From positions 10,490-74,489 of the forward strand of contig JAWKUM010000016.1 of NCBI GenBank assembly GCA_041398545.1: a stretch of DNA of 64,000 bases, written 5' to 3'. Source of the DNA: Planctomycetota bacterium (GTDB taxonomy: Bacteria > Planctomycetota > UBA1135 > GCA-002748355). Positions 59,824-64,000 of the stretch are shown piece after piece (position 1 is the first letter of the stretch; each line of letters begins with the position of its first letter). Both the position numbers and the translations under genes were made by a program. The notes below the pieces were generated by a model. The model made no database searches and had not been told where the DNA came from. It was given only the letters and a program-made list of their open reading frames with translations.

Positions 59824-62436
59824 TCAGCGCCCGTAGCGCTCCTTGAGCTCGCGGAGCCGGTCCCAGGCCTCGCGGGGGGACAGGGCGTCGGGGTCGAGCT
59901 TGTCGAGCTCGCCGAGGAGCCGCTCGGCCGGGGGCCGGAACAGGTCGAGCTGGCGCGTCCGGTCCCGGGCGCGGGTCGCGGCCGGGTCGGGCCGCTGGCC
60001 CTCGCTCTCGAGCCGGTCGAGGATCGCGCGGGCGCGCTCGAGGATCGGGCCGGGGATCCCGGCCAGCCGGGCGACGTGGATCCCGTAGCTCTTGTCGGTG
60101 CCGCCGGGCTGGATGCGGTGGAGGAAGACGATGTCGTCGTTCCACTCGCGCACGGCCACGTGGCAGTTGTGCACGCCCTCGCACTCGTCGACGAGCTCGG
60201 TCATCTCGTGGTAGTGCGTCGCGAACAGCGTCCGGCAGCCGACGCGGTCGTGCAGGCTCTCGCAGATCGCCCAGGCCAGGGACAGGCCGTCCCAGGTCGA
60301 GGTCCCGCGGCCGACCTCGTCGAGGATCACGAGCGAGCGGTCGCTGGCGTTGTTGAGGATGTTGGCCGTCTCCTGCATCTCGACCATGAAGGTCGAGGCC
60401 CCGCGCGAGATGTCGTCGCCGGCGCCGACCCGCGTGAAGATGCGGTCGGCGAGCCCGACCCGCGCCTCGCGCGCCGGCACGAAGCTGCCGATCTGGGCCA
60501 GCAGGACGATCAGCGCGACCTGGCGGATGTAGGTCGACTTGCCGGCCATGTTGGGGCCGGTGATCAGCAGGAGGCTCCGCCCCGGGGGGGCGAGCTCGCA
60601 GTCGTTGGGCACGAAGGGCTCGCCGCCGAGCATGCCCTCGAGGACCGGGTGCCGGCCGTCCCGGATCACGAGGTCGCGGCCCTCGTCGACCTCGGGCCTG
60701 GCCCAGCCGCGCTCGACGGCGAGCTCGGCCAGGGCCGCGACGAGGTCGACGCGGGCCACGGCCTGGGCGGTGTCGAGCACGCGGGACCCCGCGGCCGCCA
60801 GCTCGTCGCGCAGGGCGACGAACAGGTGGTACTCCATGTCCCGGGCCAGCTCCTCGCTCTTGAGCACGCGCGTCTCGAACTCCTTGAGCTCGGGTGTGAC
60901 GTAGCGCTCGGCGTTCTTGACGGTCTGCTTGCGGACGTAGTTGGCCGGGACGAGGTCGTGGTCGGCGCTGCGCGGGATCTCGATGTAGTAGCCGAACACG
61001 CGGTTGTAGCCGACCTTGAGGCTCGTGAGCCCGGTGCGCGCGACCTCCTGCTCCTGGAACCGCAGCATCCAGTCCTTGCCCTCGCGGCCGATCGAGCGCA
61101 GCTCGTCGAGCTCGGCGTCGAAGCCCGCGCGCACGATGCCGCCCTCCTTGACCGCGATCGGCGGCTCGTCGACGACCCGCGCCGCGACCTTGCGGGCGAG
61201 GTCGGCGAGGACGTCGGTGTGGTCGCGGATCGCGGCGAGGAGCTCGCTGTGGGCCCCGGCCAGCCGGTCGATCAGGGCCGGCAGGCGCTCGAGGCTCGCG
61301 CGCAGGGCGACGAGGTCGCGCGGCGACGCGCGGCCGGTCGACAGCCGGGCCGACAGCCGCTCGAGGTCCTGGACGTGGCCGAGCTCGGCGCGCAGGTCGT
61401 CGCGCAGGGCCGCGTCGCCGAAGCACTCCTCGACGGCGCCCTGGATGCGCAGGATCGGCGTCGGCTCGACGTAGGGCAGCAGCACGAGCTCGCGCAGGAG
61501 CCGCGCGCCCATCGGCGTCCGCGTGCGGTCGATGGCGTCGAGCAGCGCGCCCTTGCGCTCGCCGCGCTGCGTCTCGACGAGCTCGAGGCTCGCCCGCGTC
61601 GCGCGGTCGAGGATCATGCGGTTGCTGCGCTGGAACAGCTCGATGCGGCGGACGTGGGGCAGGGCCGTGCGCTGCGTCTCCTGCGCGTAGCGGATCAGGG
61701 CGCCGGCACAGGCGATGGCCTGGGCGTGGACGTCGAGGGACAGGCCGTAGCCCTCGAGGTCGCGGACGCGGAAGAAGCGGGCCAGCTCCTTGGCACACTC
61801 GGCCGGGTTGAAGTCGAAGTCGGGGCACCAGCGCAGCGGGGCCTCGACGGCCGCGAAGGGCCGCCGCGTCCGGTCCCCGTCGTCCCCGACCATGCCCTCG
61901 GGCAGGAGGAGCTCGGCCGGGTCGAGGCGGGCCAGCTCGTCCTCGAGCTGGCCGGGGCGGCACTCGCTGAGCTGGAACAGGCCGGTCGAAAGGTCGAGCC
62001 AGGCCAGGCCGGCGCGGTCGCCGCGCCTACAGGCCGCGACGACGAAGTTGGGCCGGCCGCCGTCGAGGACCTCCTCCTCGGTCAGGGTCCCGGCGGTGAC
62101 GATGCGGACGAGCTCGCGCTCGACGAGGCCCTTGGCCTCGCGCGGGTCCTGGACCTGCTCGCAGATCGCGACCCGCTCGCCGAGGCGCACGAGCTTCTGC
62201 AGGTAGCTGTCGAGGGCCCGGACCGGGACGCCGGCCATCGGGATCGCGTCCTCGCCCTTGTTGCGCGAGGTCAGCGTGATCCCGAGCAGGCGGCTGGCCC
62301 GCTTGGCGTCGTCGAAGAACAGCTCGTAGAAGTCACCCATGCGGTAGAACAGCAGGGCGTCGGGCTGGTCCCGCTTGATGGCCAGGTACTGGGCCATCAT
62401 CGGGGTCTCGGCGGGGTTCCTGGCGGAGCGGCTCAC
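59824..62436 (-). CDS. mutS: DNA mismatch repair protein MutS
   Basis: 870-aa tail of ORF 59824-63462 from GTG 62436 ([21 protein letters not shown]; first ATG at 62400): [52 protein letters not shown]. Confidence 0.95.
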   Translation of the reverse strand: MSRSARNPAETPMMAQYLAIKRDQPDALLFYRMGDFYELFFDDAKRASRLLGITLTSRNKGEDAIPMAGVPVRALDSYLQKLVRLGERVAICEQVQDPREAKGLVERELVRIVTAGTLTEEEVLDGGRPNFVVAACRRGDRAGLAWLDLSTGLFQLSECRPGQLEDELARLDPAELLLPEGMVGDDGDRTRRPFAAVEAPLRWCPDFDFNPAECAKELARFFRVRDLEGYGLSLDVHAQAIACAGALIRYAQETQRTALPHVRRIELFQRSNRMILDRATRASLELVETQRGERKGALLDAIDRTRTPMGARLLRELVLLPYVEPTPILRIQGAVEECFGDAALRDDLRAELGHVQDLERLSARLSTGRASPRDLVALRASLERLPALIDRLAGAHSELLAAIRDHTDVLADLARKVAARVVDEPPIAVKEGGIVRAGFDAELDELRSIGREGKDWMLRFQEQEVARTGLTSLKVGYNRVFGYYIEIPRSADHDLVPANYVRKQTVKNAERYVTPELKEFETRVLKSEELARDMEYHLFVALRDELAAAGSRVLDTAQAVARVDLVAALAELAVERGWARPEVDEGRDLVIRDGRHPVLEGMLGGEPFVPNDCELAPPGRSLLLITGPNMAGKSTYIRQVALIVLLAQIGSFVPAREARVGLADRIFTRVGAGDDISRGASTFMVEMQETANILNNASDRSLVILDEVGRGTSTWDGLSLAWAICESLHDRVGCRTLFATHYHEMTELVDECEGVHNCHVAVREWNDDIVFLHRIQPGGTDKSYGIHVARLAGIPGPILERARAILDRLESEGQRPDPAATRARDRTRQLDLFRPPAERLLGELDKLDPDALSPREAWDRLRELKERYGR

Positions 62437-62555
62437 GGCGGTCTCTCGGCTCCCGTCCGGGGAGCGGGGGGGAGACTCTACCAGGAGGGTCGGGCCGTTC
62501 GAGGGCGGTGGACCGGGCCGCGCGGCCCCCGGACGGGCGCCCCGCCCGGGCGGCC

Positions 62556-63752
62556 TCAGCCCAGCGCGACGCGGGCCACGTCCTCCTCGCGGGCGGCCGC
62601 GAGGCCGGCCTCGACGAGGGCGTCGACGTCGACCATGGCCTCGAGGCGCGCGGCGACCTCGGCCTTGCCGCGGGTCACCGGGTGGTCGGGCTGGAACAGC
62701 GTGCAGCAGTCCTCGAACGGGCGGATCGAGACCTCGTAGGTGCCGACGCGCTCCGCCAGGCGGATCGTCTCGACCTTGTCGAAGGTCAGGAGCGGCCGCA
62801 GCAGCGGCAGGCGCCCGCGCGCGCCCTCGACCGCGGCGAGGTTCTCGAGCGTCTGGCTCGCGACCTGGCCGAGGGAGTCGCCGGTGACCAAGGCCTGGCA
62901 GCGGCGGCGGCCGGCCAGCCGCTCGGCGATGCGCGTCATGAAGCGGCGGTACAGGACCGTGCGGTAGCCGGGCTGGGGCAGGTCCTTGGTCGCGACCTGG
63001 ACCGGCGCGAACGGCACGACCCAGAGCCGCGTGTCGCCCTGCCAGCCGTCGAGGACGCGGGCCAGGGCGCGGACCTTCTCGAGCGAGCCGGGTCCGGTGA
63101 ACGGCTGGGCGTCGAAGTGCACGAGCTCGACGCGGCAGCCGCGCTTCATCATCAGCCAGGCCGCGACCGGCGAGTCGATGCCGCCCGAGAGCAGGCACAG
63201 GACCTTGCCCTCGCTGCCGACCGGCAGCCCGCCGGGCCCCTCGAGTCGCTCGACGAAGACGAAGCTGCCCTCCTCGCGGACCTCGCACTCGAGCAGCAGC
63301 TCCGGCGCGTCGAGGCGGGCGACGAGGCGGGGGAAGGCCGCCTGGAGCTCGCCGCCGAGGCGGCGAGCGCAGTCCATCGACGGCTCCGGATAGGCCTTGT
63401 CCGCGCGCTTGACCCGGACCTTGAACGGCACGTCCCCGGTCCCCGGCCGCGCGGCCAGCCACCGGCGCACGGTCTCGGCGGCCGCGGCCGACAGCGCCGC
63501 GGGCTCGTTGGCGCAGCGCAGGGCCGGGCTCGTGTGCACGACGCCGAAGACGCGGGCCGCGGCCGCGGCGATGCGGCGCGCGTCGTTGACCGGGCCGACG
63601 TAGAAGCGGCCCCAGCGGCGCTCGACGCGCTCGACGCCGAGCGGGCGCAGCACGGCGCGCAGGTTGCGCAGCAGGCAGTCCTCGAAGCCCTTGCGGTTGC
63701 GGCCCTTGAGCGCGAGCTCGCCGGGGCGGACGACGACGTGGTCCACGGTCAC
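62556..63752 (-). CDS. thiI: tRNA 4-thiouridine(8) synthase ThiI
   Basis: 398-aa tail of ORF 62556-63800 from GTG 63752 (GTGA overlap with the upstream stop): [10 protein letters not shown], the PP-loop [11 protein letters not shown], and [12 protein letters not shown]. Confidence 0.9.
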   Translation of the reverse strand: MTVDHVVVRPGELALKGRNRKGFEDCLLRNLRAVLRPLGVERVERRWGRFYVGPVNDARRIAAAAARVFGVVHTSPALRCANEPAALSAAAAETVRRWLAARPGTGDVPFKVRVKRADKAYPEPSMDCARRLGGELQAAFPRLVARLDAPELLLECEVREEGSFVFVERLEGPGGLPVGSEGKVLCLLSGGIDSPVAAWLMMKRGCRVELVHFDAQPFTGPGSLEKVRALARVLDGWQGDTRLWVVPFAPVQVATKDLPQPGYRTVLYRRFMTRIAERLAGRRRCQALVTGDSLGQVASQTLENLAAVEGARGRLPLLRPLLTFDKVETIRLAERVGTYEVSIRPFEDCCTLFQPDHPVTRGKAEVAARLEAMVDVDALVEAGLAAAREEDVARVALG

Positions 63753-64000
63753 AGCCCCAGCGCGCGCAGCTCGCCGACGACGGCCGGCAGCTCGCGGCAC
63801 AGGGCGTCGACGTCCGCGTCGGTCGTGAAGCGCCCGAACGAGATCCGCAGCGTGCCCTGCACGACCTCGTCGGGCAGGCCCATCGCGCGCAGGACCTTGG
63901 ACCCGGTCTTGCCGCCCTTCTCGCCGCGCTGCGAGCAGGCCGAGCCGGTCGAGACGCAGAGCCCGCGCTCGGCCAGCCAGTTCATCGCGACCTCGCCGGA
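63749..64000 (-). CDS. cysteine desulfurase (NifS/IscS family), C-terminal part only; gene continues beyond the right edge
   Basis: ORF 63749-63985 and the open frame to 64000: …[44 protein letters not shown]… with the active-site Cys context (SxGSAC). Confidence 0.8.
   Translation of the reverse strand, partial: SGEVAMNWLAERGLCVSTGSACSQRGEKGGKTGSKVLRAMGLPDEVVQGTLRISFGRFTTDADVDALCRELPAVVGELRALGL

Noticed and set aside
1-64000. A search by eye for tRNA, rRNA, tmRNA, known riboswitch cores (for example a fluoride riboswitch ahead of the ClC operon at 33187-33311), transposases, integrases, phage genes and cas genes.
   Set aside because: I recognised none. Every intergenic gap is under about 310 nt and none shows a cloverleaf-compatible arrangement or a riboswitch consensus I know. 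A covariance-model scan would be needed to exclude small RNAs.

Overview
This is a very GC-rich bacterial chromosomal window, densely coded on both strands, and I call about 55 protein genes. I cannot assign a lineage from the sequence. The gene content is reminiscent of Planctomycetota- or Myxococcota-like genomes: an ECF sigma factor fused to carboxypeptidase-regulatory-like repeats, secreted prenyltransferase-like proteins, and pilT.

Housekeeping genes: ispH, nagA, nuoB, mdh, rarA, gluQ, rsgA, pilT, mutS, thiI and a partial cysteine desulfurase.

Metabolic and transport modules:
- A Ttr-ordered (FeS, NrfD, Mo) molybdoenzyme locus without Tat signals.
- A Tat-exported PaoABC-like aldehyde oxidoreductase operon.
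- ETF-ubiquinone oxidoreductase.
- A MacB/HlyD-type ABC exporter.
- A beta-oxidation-like set.
- A ClC channel coupled to an HTH-EIIA fusion.

The left about 6 kb is a visibly less GC-rich accessory islet with GNATs, a cupin, a VOC protein, orphan hypotheticals and a GSU2403-like nucleotidyltransferase.

I recognised no rRNA, tRNA, CRISPR array, transposase or integrase.

Main observations:
1. A conserved ~95-nt intergenic element starts exactly on the rare TAG stop codons of two unrelated genes. A third, degenerate copy sits in a long structured leader.
2. A perfect AT-rich 15-bp palindrome abuts the nucleotidyltransferase start codon.
3. An 18-unit hexanucleotide repeat encodes a (Thr-Gly)n lipoprotein-like micro-ORF that is translationally coupled to an acyl-CoA dehydrogenase.
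4. An ECF sigma factor is membrane-tethered as a single chain.
5. A secreted protein carries twelve GDDxY repeats and sits in a ligase operon.
6. Frameshifts cluster in patches at G/C runs inside otherwise well-conserved genes. This looks like assembly error rather than gene decay.

All family assignments come from motif recognition by eye. No searches were run.
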